From assembly GCF_009834535.1 (NCBI RefSeq), contig NC_045697.1, forward strand, positions 56,546,001 through 56,610,000: 64,000 nt of DNA, written 5' to 3'. This DNA comes from Camelus ferus. Taxonomy: Eukaryota. Position numbers and translations under genes: made by a program. The notes beneath the pieces were generated by a model. It made no database searches and was not told the origin of the DNA. It saw only the letters and a program-made list of their open reading frames with translations. Positions 26,960 to 39,795 of this stretch are shown piece by piece (the first letter of the stretch is position 1; the number at the start of each line of letters is the position of its first letter).

Positions 26960-29826
26960 TTCCTGGTTATTAACTCTTAAGACTTGAGCTGGCCTAGTCA
27001 TCAGGCCAAGGACTTAACTAACCAACTAAACCACTGGCCACATCCCATGAGTTGGTATACAATCAAACCTCAGGCTGTTTCTTGTTCCAGGTAAAATAAA
27101 CAAGATGCACTGCTCAAACTTCTGCCCACTGGGAAGATTCCTATTCACCACTGTCCTTCATGGAAGGAAGAGGCCCCTGGGCATTTGGACCAGTGCCTCA
27201 CAGTTTACTCCCGCTACATCCCCTTCCTCTCTCTGCTTGCCTCTACAGTTTTATCAAGGAGTTTTCTGCCATCAGTGGACTGGAAAAGAGAAAACAGGCC
27301 TAGTTTACAGATGGCTCTGCAGAGTATTTAGGCACCACCTAAAAGTGGACAGCCGCAGCACTACTGCTTCCTTCTGGGATATCCATAAAAGGACAGAAAT
27401 CCTCCCAGTACACTAATTTGTTTTTTCAGGGTCTGCTGGAGCCTAACCATATATATCGCCTTTCCATTTGGTGATGCGATGACACTGTACATGCCTAATT
27501 TTATGGCTTGGTGGGTCAGACAATATCCAGTTCATGGTGGGCAGTTCAGGTTTCATGGTAACTTGGTGGCCCATGGTTAAACACTTGGTCACTTCTAAGG
27601 CCCACTAATAAGCAAGAAGCTGTTTCTTGAAAAGAGAGTAGCTATTCACAGAGGATGGCAGGGATCTGCTCCAAAATCCTAAGGGTCTACGCTGTAATTC
27701 ACATCTAAGAGCCTGTCAAAGGTTAAAAACGTCATCTCCCTCTGCTGCTGACACTTCAGGCCCCACTGGATCTGATGAATAAAAATGGCCAAAATAGTAG
27801 AGCAGTTTGCACAGCAGACTGGATCTACTGCTGAGCCTTCTCTTGTTCTAGGCCCCACTGAAAACTAGCAGCATTTTGAGTCACTTGGAACCTACAGTAG
27901 CACAGCCAAATGAGGAATATATTGCCTTCAAACCCCCAAAGAGACACCCTAGGTACTGCGCCTCCCTTTTGCTTGTAGGAGGGACCAGATATACTTCACC
28001 TTAGAGGGGACATCTCAGCACGCCCCACTCCACTGGAACCCAGGAAACTTCACTGAGGTGGAGGGCCCCTGAATTTCTGTCAGGTCTGTCTTCCAACCTC
28101 TGACACATAAATGCCATACAAATAAGTCTTGAATAGTTGCTACATCTTGCTCACTAGGTCCAATGGGCATAATGCTATCAATGCAGTGTAACAGGTCAGC
28201 GTGATGTCTCGTGGAGGGCAAGGCAATTAGGATTGCCGCAGATTAGTCTATGACATAGGGCTGGCGAGTTGCTATATTCATAAAGTAGGGCTGTGAAGTT
28301 GTGCTGCTAGTCTTGCTATCTGAAAGCAATCTGTTTCTGGTTGTTTCACTGACAGGTATCAAGATAAAAGCATTTGCCAGATAAATTGCTGCATACCAGG
28401 TACCAAGGGTATGTTTTTTTCTTAAGCAATGAAACTGCCTCTGGTATAGCACCTGCAGTTAAGAGTCACCATGTAGTTATCTTTACCATAGACCACTGTC
28501 AGTCTCTGTGATCTGTTTTCTGCACAGGCCAAATAAGTGAGTTGAATGGGGATGTGGTAGGAATCACTGCCCTACTTCCATCAGTCTCTTAATGGTGGCA
28601 CTTCATCCCTGTAATCACTCCAGGAAAGCAGTATTGCTTCTGGTTTACTATTTTCCTAGGTAGAGGCAGTTCTAGTGACATCTACTTGAACTTTTCTACC
28701 AAAATAGCCCTCGCTCCACAGGTCAGGGAATCCATGTAGGGATTCTGCCAGTTGCTGACCATGTCTCTTCCTTTGGATACCTTTTTCTACCCCTAAGATA
28801 CAACACTGAATCCAGAATCTCTGCTAAATGGACCAAGGTCAATGATTTCAACTGAGTCTAACTTTATGTTCCTGCCAGCATCATCCCATACTCCTATTTT
28901 CCATTCCCACACAGATTCTCTCAATTTCTGTCTACGTATTGGGAAACCCATGTGGTTTTACTATAAGGTAGCATACCTTTTCATGTCTTACATATTTACC
29001 TCACCTTTCAGGGCTTGCTGGGACTTACGTCTAGTTATAAGTCTAGAAGCAAAGAGAAGCATTGGAAGTGGGTTCTGAGGAAATCAGAAGGGTCTTACAA
29101 GGAAATTACTTCAGGGGAAACCATCACAATTTCCTCAAGCAAAGCAAGGCTAACCTTCTCAGAAGAGGCCTGGAGGTCTGCTTCTACTGTTAAGAAGATT
29201 CATCAGAATTTAGGGGCTCAGTGCCCCCAGTGTCATTAGAATCTTCCCATATGTTTCCATTCCAATTTACAGGATTCCATTCTTTCCCAATCAAGTCCTT
29301 CACTTTAACAGTAGACATTCTGCAAGGTTGGCAATTCAATTTGTACTGAAATTCAGCCATTTGCAATTTAAGACAGAGATTTATGTTTTAGCAATCTCAA
29401 CTGCACGACAGGAGGCAACAACTTTTTCCAGAGAAGATAAAGAAACTTTTAGGTCCTTGATGTGACACTTGAGTAGGGAACTGGAAGTCTTGAGTTCGTC
29501 TTTTTTATATTCACTTTAGTGCAGTTAGGAGCAAGTAGTCAATTTCATCACACTCACTGGTTTCACAAAAATGTTTGAAGTTAAAAAATACATAGTCACC
29601 CAGAAGCTTGATTCTTATAAGTATTTGATTAGCAGTATCTCAAGATGATATTTTGCCTATTTCTATTCCAAATCACACCATGAACCATTCATGCTCTCTT
29701 TACTACTGGAAATAGTCATCAGTGCCTTTAAAACTGATCAGTGAACCAATTACAAAAAACCCAGAACCAATTTAGAAAACACATTCTTAAGATTCTGTTT
29801 CTCCAGAACCACTTTAAATATCAAAA
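26960..29826 (-). mobile_element. Decayed ERV-L (HERVL/ERVL-B4-like) internal region: leader, gag, RT, RNase H; internally deleted and rearranged
   Basis: Minus ORFs 28243-28452 (GTWYAAIYLANAF, cf. GTWYAAIDLANAF) and 28015-28221 (HCIDSIMPIGPSEQ...IQGPSTSVKF, degenerate YIDD); WQNP protease/RT junction ~28750; ERV-L leader at ~29750-29826 followed by TGTATT (LTR terminus only). Confidence 0.92.
27190..27409 (+). pseudogene. Inverted ERV-L RNase H segment
   Basis: Plus-strand frame at 27298-27363 reads A*FTDGSAEYLGTT*KWTAAAL (RNase H AWFTDGS motif), opposite in orientation to the surrounding ERV-L sequence. Confidence 0.85.
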
Positions 29827-30864
29827 TGTATTCCCCAAAGAAAAGTGTGTGGAGTGTAAAAAATTAATGCTCCCTTTCAGTATTGCTCACTTCTATCATG
29901 TTCCCAGTCATGCTTGGCCCTCATGTTCTCTTACCTTCCCTGCTACGAAATTAAGTAACGTGTCCTTTTCAAAGACACACAGTTTAAAGTGTTGCTATAT
30001 CAGGTATTTAGGGTGAGTTTACCTAAAGCAATGCATCTTTACAATTCAGAATTTTATCACAGTTTCTGAAGATTAGGCATTGGGACATTCCCAGAGCAAG
30101 ACTAACACCAAGTGAGTGGCTGTCCATTCTGCCCTATTTTTAAGGGAAATGCATTTTAGAACTGAAATTAGAATAAGAACCAAATAAGTTCCAAGGAAAC
30201 TTTGTAACTGAGAATTTACCACATATTTACATCATTGTTCTGGATCAAATATAAAGCTCTAATAAAAAAAGTTCGTGGAAGATGTGTGGCCTGAGGCTGA
30301 ATTGTAAGTGGGATGAACACAGCTTTACTCATGCTGAATGGGCCTATATATCAACTGGTGTGACACTGTAAAATATCAGATTAATTTGGGGTAAAAGAGC
30401 AAATTCAACCTTATTGTTGATGCCTGGGGGATTAATGATTCTACATTTTCATTTTGATTCACTTATTCTGATCTTAAATTGTGAGACTCAATTACTAGAG
30501 ATAAATCCCATCTAGTCTCATTGCATAATTGGTTTTTGTAGAGTCCATTATCCTAATAATTATACTCTAATTGGCATAAAAATGAAATATTCTGATAAGG
30601 AACATCAGGAAATAATAACAGTAATTAATAGTAATTAAATTCTGCATAGCCCATCATAGAACACAGAGGTTGGAGGTGATTTTAAAAATAAATTTATGTA
30701 GGACTTAATAGGAAATTACAAACATTTAATATGCATTTTTGTTTGTTAATTTATCTACATAAGCTAAGATACATTAAAATTCACAATAGAGTATTTTCCC
30801 CACACTTAAAAAATTTCTGAGTGAATTCAGTGACTACAGTTAAGCTAGAAAGGTTGTGTTTTTA

Positions 30865-30975
30865 ACTCATTCATTCAATGCTACATGTCTACTCTATGTC
30901 AGGCATTGAGTTGAATCCTGAGAAAGAAACAACACATATAACACACAGCCTGAACCTTAGAGATTATACAATTTC
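30865..30975 (-). mobile_element. L2 3' tail fragment
   Basis: CATTCATTCAA...TCTACTCTATGTCAGGCATTG. Confidence 0.65.
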
Positions 30976-31486
30976 ACCAGAAATTTAGGTTGGAAAATGA
31001 TGTCTCCTGATACAGTATCTGCATATAGCTTTTGCTGCAGCCTCTGTTGGTGGTCATGGTGGGGACGGGAACTGGGAAGATCGTCTCCACGTACTCTGGT
31101 TTCCAAATGGAGAGACAACAATACAAATGGCACTCATGTCTCCATTTCCTCCATTACTGTCTGTTCCCTGAATCCTCTGGGAAAAAGGAGTGTAATCTGA
31201 TTATGTTAGATAAGAGATTAAAAATAGAGTTTTCATGGCCAAATCCCTCTTTTCTTTTTAGAGTGTGCCTGCCTGCACAGGGTGTATTCAGTTTTGCTCC
31301 TTCTATGCTGCAAATTTTACATGGAAGAAATTCAAAACCTATGGGGAGGGACTTCTAGTTGCCAGACATTTCCCATGAGTGGGTGGCCATAAGACTATCT
31401 AACTCTAGGATTCAGTTTTAGGAAGCCTATTAGGCTAAATATCTAAGCCATGTTCACCAACAGTCCTGTTGTTTGATCTACATCAG

Positions 31487-31751
31487 TGTTTCAATTACTT
31501 ATTGCCCAAACCAGCCCAAAATTTAGTGGCTTAAAACAAAATTTTATTTTTCTCTCATAATTTTGTGGATGGACTGGGCTTAGTTTGGTACTTCTGCTGC
31601 TGCTTATGATTTAGCTAAGGTCACTCATGTAAGCTGCATTCAAAGCAAGTAATATTACCAAGTATGAGCTCCATGTGGAAAGGGGTCATACTGTGGGGTA
31701 AATACTAAGATGTGTTGTTCACTGGGGACTAACATATAACAGTCTACCACA
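31487..31751 (-). mobile_element. MaLR LTR (MLT1H-like), internally deleted
   Basis: CCCAAAATTTAGTGGCTTAAAACAA...TCTCATAATTTTGTGG; ends CAGTCTACCACA. Confidence 0.75.
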
Positions 31752-32839
31752 GTCTACTTGACCCTTTAGCCTACCTCTCAATTGGTTCTGAACTTGGATG
31801 AGGGAGAGGGCTTCCATTTATTACAGTCCTGAAACATCTTCATTCTTTCCAAACTTCTTTCTTTCATTGGTGCTATTTTTCCCATATATGTTCTCTATTT
31901 TCAGCAATTTTTTGTTGCAACTCTATTATTTAAACTTTATTTACTGTGTCCCTGCTATGCCTGCTCCTAATTTCAAAGTGTCTCACATATTTCAGTATTT
32001 AGTCAAGTCTTTCTGGCAAAGCAAATTATATCCCAATCATAGATAACTGTTTATTTTTACTTTCATGGTGGCTATTCTTTCCATAATAAGCAAAAGTTCT
32101 ATCTCATTGAAGAGTCATTATTTTTTCAGCAAATATTTATGATAATTTATCCTTTATGATTTCTATAGTTTTCATAATTTAAACCTGCTAATATCACCTT
32201 GTGATTATCTGTGAGAAATTTAACAAACTGCCTCATACTTTTGTTCAAGTGTACTCTATCAGGTTCCACTTTAATGTCATCCATCTGGCACACGGTTTTT
32301 ACTCAGAGTCACTTATAAGTACATAGGAAATACGGCGCTGCGGAGTACCATTTTGTTTGGATTAAGAAGAATAGCTTGAAATGCAGAAAAGAGAATAAAA
32401 TTAAAGAAAGACTTGCAAAAAAAGCGGGAGGTAACCTTAATAAAGCACATGTTATGGAAAGCAGGCTAACAATACTGGATCCCACAAACAGAATGGTCTG
32501 CTTAGTCATGGACTAGTCTAAATAGCAAAGACTTCAAGAAATATTTTAAAAATTTTTCATGCAAATTTTTGTGAAGTTAGCATATATATAGCAAAGGACA
32601 ATGGGAATAACTGTGTTTTTCTTGATATACATTTCAAATCTAAACCAAATATGTAGAAGTATATATTAGATGACATTCCAGACCTCTATCATATGGAAAG
32701 AATATGGTTTGTATTATTGTTTAAGCCTAGGGGACAATTGTGCACTGATATATTCATATTCTCTTATCTTTTTCCATTCATGATCATGACACAAATATTA
32801 ATAAGAGATAGAGGTTCCACTTGGAGTAATGGGATTGAG

Positions 32840-33260
32840 GAAAGCTAACTGATTCATGGAGTTCTGGAAACCACAATAAATAAGTAATATTTGAAGGAGC
32901 TGGCTATATATAGCTTGGGGATAGAAGACAAAAAAAAAATGATAGTTTCAAACATTCAAAAATGACAGCTTCTTCAAACATTTTAAGAATTACCATGTGA
33001 AAATTCAAAATATTATTTGGTTATTCTAGAAGAAAGACCTTAAGATCAATATATAGTATTTATACGGAGGCAGATTTGAACTCCCTGCAATGTGAAGCTT
33101 TCTGTAATTAAAGATACCCAAGAATAAAATCCAAACCTAGACAAGCAGTTTTTCTTCATTAGAACCGTGTAAATAGACATAGCAACTTCAAGGACTATGG
33201 AAGAAATTTCTGCACTGGATGGAATCTGGATTAGATGAATAATAATGCTCTTTCTGACTA
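32840..33260 (+). mobile_element. L3/CR1 LINE 3' fragment
   Basis: GAAGGAGCTGG...TAGCTTGG, CTTCAAACATTTTAAG, GGAGGCAGATTT, GGATTAGATGA...CTTTCTGACT. Confidence 0.7.
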
Positions 33261-33639
33261 AAAAAAAATGTCACTAATTCTTTACTAAAATTTATCATGA
33301 TAGTTTATAAGACTTTATGGTAATTACCCAAGACTAATAGGAAGAAAAATTAATGTTTGTGTCTAATATTTTAAAGCAAATCAGTAATTAAAATCCTCTG
33401 ACTTAGATTTGGTTCTGATATTATTTAGTGTTGTATGTGGGCATTTCTGTTTGTTCCACAATCTCATTAAAAACATAGATGGCTTGGTTTGAAGATTCCA
33501 GGCACTTTAAACAATAATATTAATGCACATTAATTCTCTTGGCTAATAATTCTATTCCCAACCACATTCTATGTCTTAAAAACGCCTACCGATTCAATTA
33601 AGACCCAAGTCATAGACTTCTGCTAATCCACCAGATGCA

Positions 33640-33855
33640 GTAACTTCTTCCTTTCTGTTCTTCTAGCACCATAATACGTGCTATAAAAGAAGTATGTACC
33701 TTGAAATGTAATTATTTGCTTATGTGTCTGTTTTTTTCTTAGATTTTGAGTATCATAGGTCAGAAAAATGTATCTATAATTTTTGAAACCCCAACACTTT
33801 GCCCAACTAAGAAATATTCATTTGAGTAGGCATTCATGCATTTGTTTAGTGAACA
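33640..33855 (+). mobile_element. L2 3' tail fragment
   Basis: TATTTGCTTATGTGTCTG...TAGATTTTGAG...GAGTAGGCATTCATGCATTTG. Confidence 0.55.
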
Positions 33856-33995
33856 TTAGTCTTTTACCTTGGGCATTTCTTCAAAGTGTATGTCCAAGGG
33901 CAAAAAAATAACCAAGTATCATGGCGGCTGCTAAGGTTCTCCTTACACAGTATATGCTATAGAACAGAGGCTTGTATGTGGTATATGCTATAGAC

Positions 33996-34345
33996 CAGGT
34001 CTAAACTGTCAAGATATACTGAACGTGGACCAAAGACTGTTTTGTTTGCTCCACTGTTAATCTGGTTTGCAAATGTTTTTAAACTGCATCTACTAGTAAC
34101 ATTTAAAAATAATACTTTCATGCAATAATCTAGGTATCTAATTTCCCTTTAGAAACAGTCAAACTTGTGTTTCATGTCTGACTCTTTAGACAGGACATAC
34201 ATCTTCTGATTTGCCATACTTCCCACAATTCCCTATTGTCTTCCAATCACTGAAGCTAAAATACTGGTTAATATTTATCAGTCTACAACCAACTAATGTC
34301 CATTATGTTTTTGACTCTATTCATCATTTGAATTTGGAATCCCTA
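33996..34345. mobile_element. hAT-Charlie MITE (MER102/Charlie4z-like)
   Basis: CAGG...CCCT(A) ends; 8-bp flanks CTATAGAC/CTATAGAT (TSD, 1 mismatch); internal TTGCCATACTTCCCACAATTCCCTATTGTC. Confidence 0.7.
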
Positions 34346-34737
34346 CTATAGATATTTCTTCTTAAGATAAAACCCAGTGCTTAGCTTGCTAATATAATAA
34401 GCAGATATATCCCATATGTCTTCTCTCTAGTCAGGATTTGTACTCTTTAGAAGAAAAATATCAGAAAGTTTATAGTGATGGACTGCGAGTAATATGCAGT
34501 GGATAAAGGTTTACAGCAATGCTCTTTATTTATTTAAAGAAGACTGTCTCCTTTATTTCTCAAGTATGCTAATAAAACATAAGTGATCATGCATAGCCCA
34601 TTCCTAACCCAAACAATTTTAGCTAATCTATAATTCTTGGACTACTAGATACCAAAGTGGATTTGTTCAAACAGTGCCATAATCAATGAGGAGTACAAAC
34701 TGACTGACCATTTATTAAAGAAATAACCATGGAAAGC

Positions 34738-34961
34738 TATATAATATAGTGGTTAGGTATACAGACTCTGTCAAAATTCTAGCTCTGATATAGCTAGACT
34801 GATCTGGGACAATCAGTTAATCTCTCTGTATTTCAGTTTACATGTCTCTGAAATCAGGAATATAACAATGCTTATTTCTTAGTGTTTTTGAAAATTAAAT
34901 GAGCACTGTAGAGTGCTTCAAAAAGAGCCAGGCACATCAAAAGGATTCAATAAATATTATT
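34738..34961 (+). mobile_element. MIR SINE, near full length
   Basis: TATAGTGGTTAGG...TTAATCTCTCTGTATTTCAGTTT...ATTAAATGAG...GGCACAT...TCAATAAATATT. Confidence 0.85.
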
Positions 34962-35914
34962 TGGAAATTGGTAGGTAATATTCAATGTTATATTTTAGTA
35001 TCTATCCTTCTTAACAAAAGTATTAAAAAGTAAATTTGAATTAGTATATTTCCACAATAAATAAACCAGATGACAAGTGTTTGTTACTAGGCCAATGCCA
35101 ATTATGGCAGAATTGATGGATGATTAATTTTCATTATTTCTATATAGTTACATTTAAGAGCAAATTTTGTTATTTACCAAAAAGAAATGTATTTCAGATA
35201 AAGCTCTTCAAACTTCACTTGGCAGGGGCTAGGATCCAACTTTCAAAAGAGATTACTGAATTTGCCTACCAATCTATGTATCTGTGCAAATGCTTAAGGA
35301 GTGACTCCTTGAATGCTAGCAGATGCCACATGTGAAATCTTCAAAATATTAGCAAATGACTTCTAAGCACTATCTTCTTCGGTTCCCTTAGGCGCTATAT
35401 AGTTCTCCCTAGCCTTACCCAGGAAAAGGCAACTGGACTTAGTGTTACCTGGAAATTTCTTTCATTACTTGGAATTATTTTTTCTTTATTTTGTTTTCTG
35501 TTTCCCACTATCAAATCTTCCTTCGTATTAAAACCTGAGGTAAAAAGTAATTTCATTTCAACATGGGCACAAGTTAGAAATTTGCTACTTAATCAAATAG
35601 CCTACATATTGCCCCAGATACACCACTAAGGGGAGTGAGAAAGGGAGTTGGCAGAGGGCAGTAAATGATTTGAGTGGGGTTGATAGTTAGCCTGAGGTAA
35701 GACATCGTTCATTTTCTGTTACTTGCCTTTGTGATTGTTTCCACACATCCTTGGAGACTAGAGTTGTTCAAAAATATTTTTTCTGATTATTTAGTAATAC
35801 AATGATTTTGTTTCAAAAGTTTAATACAAACCAAGAAATTTAGCAGTGAAAGGTTTTATTTTTTTTCTAAGAACTTTTACAGGACTCATACCACATACCC
35901 ATGCAGTTTAAAAT

Positions 35915-36045
35915 TTGGGTGTCACACAACTTATTGTTCAAACTGGGGTACTTCTGAGAATGAAAGAGGCACTCTTACTAATCACACTAGGACTATAGGA
36001 TTAAATCAGACCACCCCAGGCAGACTAGGGTGTATGGGCACCCTG
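35915..36045. mobile_element. MER81-like hAT-Blackjack MITE
   Basis: GGGTGTCAC...TTATTGTTCAAACTGGG..ACTTCTGAGAATGAAAG...TATGGGCACCCTG. Confidence 0.8.
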
Positions 36046-37039
36046 ATTATAAGATTTACTACCTATTTTCTCTCTCAAATAACTTGCTCAGGTCAGCAAT
36101 TAAGACTTGTAAGCATTGCTTTTATATGACACAGTTAAAATGAGGTGTTATTTAAAGAAAAACTGAAAAGAAACAGAGATGAGCCTGCGGTATTTTAAAG
36201 TGAAGATGAGAAGGAGGGTAGACCTCCTCTCTCACCAGTAACAGAGCACTGTGCTATTGCAGGTGTCAATCCTGGACTTTGGACTTTGGATCTTGTTTTC
36301 ACACCCAACACCCTCTCATCATAGTTTCCTACAACAACTGGGTCTGAAGCTAATATAAGTTTATTCTTCCTGACTAGCTCACTAACAGCATATTTCATTC
36401 CACTCACTTTCAGATTGGTATAAACTTAGACAAATCATACCTGGCAATGCAGTCAGGATCTATATGAATTAGAGTATCTGTCAGTTCTCTCTATGCTGCT
36501 GATTCTGTTGCCTTCTGAAATATTACTTTAGGCAACTTGACAGACTTTTCTGGTTAATTTATTAAGTATCTTTACATTATATTTATACATTAATATGTAA
36601 AATATTTACATTTACATATTTTTCTGTACAAAACTCTGTTATATGTCCATGAATTAAGAATTTTACATCCCATACTTCTGTGAGATAATGGTGTAGATTC
36701 CATAACCAAGAATCAACAACAACAAAAAAACCCCCATCCTTGCCATGTTTTCTCCTTAGTGGCATTCTTTGATTTTAGTATGTGCAGGAATTTCATGATT
36801 CTATTTCCAGAAATTTTATTTCAAAAGTGATTGGGTGGGATCCCAAAATTAGATATTTTAGCAATGTCTCAGATAATTTTGATGTAGATGGTCTTTGGGC
36901 TTTGTTTTGTGAAACTGCTCTGTAACAGATAGTAAAAGAGAAGAGTGCATCCAGGTGAGCCTCCAATGAGCTGTGCCAGTATCAGTTCCTACACAGAATT
37001 TCTTCATATTCCAAGCAAGGAAGCCTAGCCGACTACCTA

Positions 37040-37450
37040 GTCCATTCATGCACTCAGTAAATGTTTACTGAGAACTCTGCTGGACACTAGGGATGAAATG
37101 GTACCAAAGAGAGACAGGTTCTTTTTCTACAAGATATCTAGTGGGATAGCCAGCTCAGGCAAGATGAAGGATTACAACAGGGCACACATACTGGTACGGA
37201 AACACACAGAAATATTCTTAACCCAGAGAGAAATCCAGGGAAGTCTTCTCAGAGCAAGTGTCTAACTAAAGAGTGCCTAAACTAAGAACCAAAGATTAGT
37301 AAGATTTAGATAGATGGAAGAAAAATAGAAGGGGGGAAAACAGTCACAGAGTATAGAGAGTTTGGGGAACTGGATAATTCAACATTCTGGAGTACTATGT
37401 GTATGGGGGTGGGGGAAACAAGCAGGGATGATGGTAAGAGATATGACTGG
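37040..37450 (-). mobile_element. L2 3' fragment
   Basis: CATTCATGCACTCAGTAAATGTTTACTGAG...CAGGGAAGTCTTCTCAGAG. Confidence 0.7.
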
Positions 37451-38409
37451 TTTGGGTTAAGATTCAGTCATAATTCTTTAACAGGTTTTTACTGCTAGCT
37501 TTGATTTAGCCCAATGTTCTCTGTTCAAATTAGTATTAACGTATCTCCTTTTATTTCATGGGTACTTTGTTTCCATATGATTTCTGGTACTTTTTTTTTA
37601 ATACTTAAGAACTATCATGAAGATCACTAAAATATTTAACACATATCTTTTTTGTAACTTTCCAATGCTAATTATCCATTTTTTTTTTTAAATAGTGGAA
37701 CTTTTAATTTATCAAACAAGGTCTCTAAGTTCAAATAAAATATCCTATGCTTGTTTTTGTCAGGAGCTGCTTTTATTACAAGCATGCCACTTCTAATTGC
37801 ATGGATTCCTCTTTGCTGTTTTTCTTATTAAGGATAAACTCAACTGATGAGTTCAATACCTCAGCAGCTTTAAAGTCATCATTAATTTAATGTCACTCAC
37901 TCTTCATTTATTAGTGGTCCTAATTTCTCATCAACCCTGAAATATTTGGAGAAGCTGACCTATACAATTTGATCCCAGTTGCAAGTATTAATTAATCAAG
38001 CTTTCTGACTGCCCTTATGTTTCCCTGACAGCTTTAATATTGAAACAATCTTTACTGGGTGTTTTTTTAAATCTCCTTCACTTACAGGACTATCTTCCTA
38101 GGTCAGTAAAATTTGGAAAGAGGCCTTTAGAAAAGTGATATGAAAAATCATATCAGAACATAAGCATAAACATTTCAAGTTGATTAATACTTATTTAAAT
38201 CAAATTTTATTTTAATTTCTGACTAAAGATATAAAACCATTTGGAGATGTATACTAGAAGCAATTCTTAACTAGTATATATAAAATGTGATCCCCATCAC
38301 ATTTATTTTTTGTAGGGTTTTTTCAAATTAAAGTATAGTTTATATACACTATTATATAACATCACATTTATTTGTCAAATAGAAATTAAATATTACTGCC
38401 TCCTAAAAA

Positions 38410-38556
38410 AGTGTTTTTAAATATGTGGTCTATGTACCACCTATCTTACTTAGGGTACTGGTTTAACATATATCTACTGGAGTCAAATCTTCAAGCCAAC
38501 AATATTTCTTTAAAAAAAATAGTGGATTATTTTTCTCCATACCAAAGTGTAAGAAC
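38410..38556. mobile_element. MER5-like hAT MITE remnant
   Basis: GTGTTTTTAAATATGTGGTC...CCAAAGTGTAAGAAC. Confidence 0.4.
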
Positions 38557-38977
38557 AGATAATCCTCAAATAGTAAGATGGTAGGATATTTGAGAACTGT
38601 CTTTTTTTTTTTCACAATTCAATATTACATTTATAAATCTCTCAGACAGCTATGAATATGGTTATACATACTACACATGGAACCAAGTTTTTGAAATAGG
38701 AAATGCAAATATAGTGTAGATTCTTATTATTCTAATGTGTCATTACATTGTGACTTTTCTACTACAGGACAGAAATTGAGCATCCACAGTCACATATAGG
38801 GATGCCAGATGGCTATAAATCAATAGGGTGGGGCTGTTATTAGGTGTAAAGGTTTGAGAACTATCATATTGGTTTGGAAATTGATTTCAAATATTATTAT
38901 CAGGGTAACTGAACTAAAAAAACTACTGTATTCTTGTGTTAAAAATCATCCTTTTTAATATTTAATTAGGACATTAC

Positions 38978-39397
38978 ACTGTGATGTACTAGGAATGTTT
39001 TAACAACTGAGTCTCTAAACAAAAAGCCCTAATTTTTAGTGTGCTTGTATTTTGTAAATAACCCTACTCTGCCCAGTTTCAAGCTACAAATGTGACATCA
39101 CTTTACCCAGAATTCAGAAGAGATGCACAGTAGCATACATTTTGTAGCATTCCAATCATACAAATATAATAGATGTAATTAACTTAAAGAACACAGATAA
39201 TACTAACATGTAATGATATAATTAAGAAATTAGGACTTTTGATATTTTATTCACTTTGTTTTCTCTGTAATTTATTTTGTTGGCACTTTACATAATTTAA
39301 CTCTTAAAAATGACTGAATTTAACAGCTAGATGGCAAAATTTCTGAAAATTTAAAATTGGCTCTCACAAGCTGATAATAAGTCAGATCCAGAACACA
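38978..39397. mobile_element. MER63-like hAT-Blackjack element
   Basis: TTTAACAACTG, CAGTTTCAAGCTAC, GCAAAATTTCTGAAAATTTAAAATTGGCTCTCACAAGCTG...TCCAGAACAC. Confidence 0.75.
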
Positions 39398-39795
39398 GAT
39401 GGCACAAAAGAGTTGTTTTCTTTTTGATATAGAAAAGCAATTAGCACAGTGTTTATATGTAATAGTGTGCATGTGTTTATGCATGTGTGTTCCATATATG
39501 GTTCTATTTTCAAACACTTGTACCTAGCTTACATAGTCCAGCTCTCAGCTGGACTCACTTTCCTTTTGGTGCACAGTCAGAGCATATGTAGAAAATCCAG
39601 CACCCTGCCCACAGCCAGAGAACCCTAGTTACAGCTGCCTCTGCCTCTGCATTCCTGCTTCTGCTGATGTCACTATATTATTAATATTTTCTATTTTGAG
39701 TGTTATCCCTTTTTTTTTGACCAAATTTCTACTATTCTATGCTTTAAAGTTATCATCTACAAAGTACAACTGGATCTTTAATCAAGACAAGTCTC

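Noticed and set aside
27105..27416. 103-aa ORF
   Set aside because: Off-frame read-through of the rearranged ERV-L segment; the true RNase H frame contains stops
31095..31176. 82-nt minus-strand exon candidate
   Set aside because: Acceptor is plausible but the donor (AGA|GTACGT) is weak; no other support
35623..35636. CTCF-like CCACTAAGGGGAGT
   Set aside because: Mismatch in the AG core; single unsupported motif
36195..36407. 70-aa minus-strand ORF with nearby GTGAG donors
   Set aside because: No recognisable homology and no convincing acceptor
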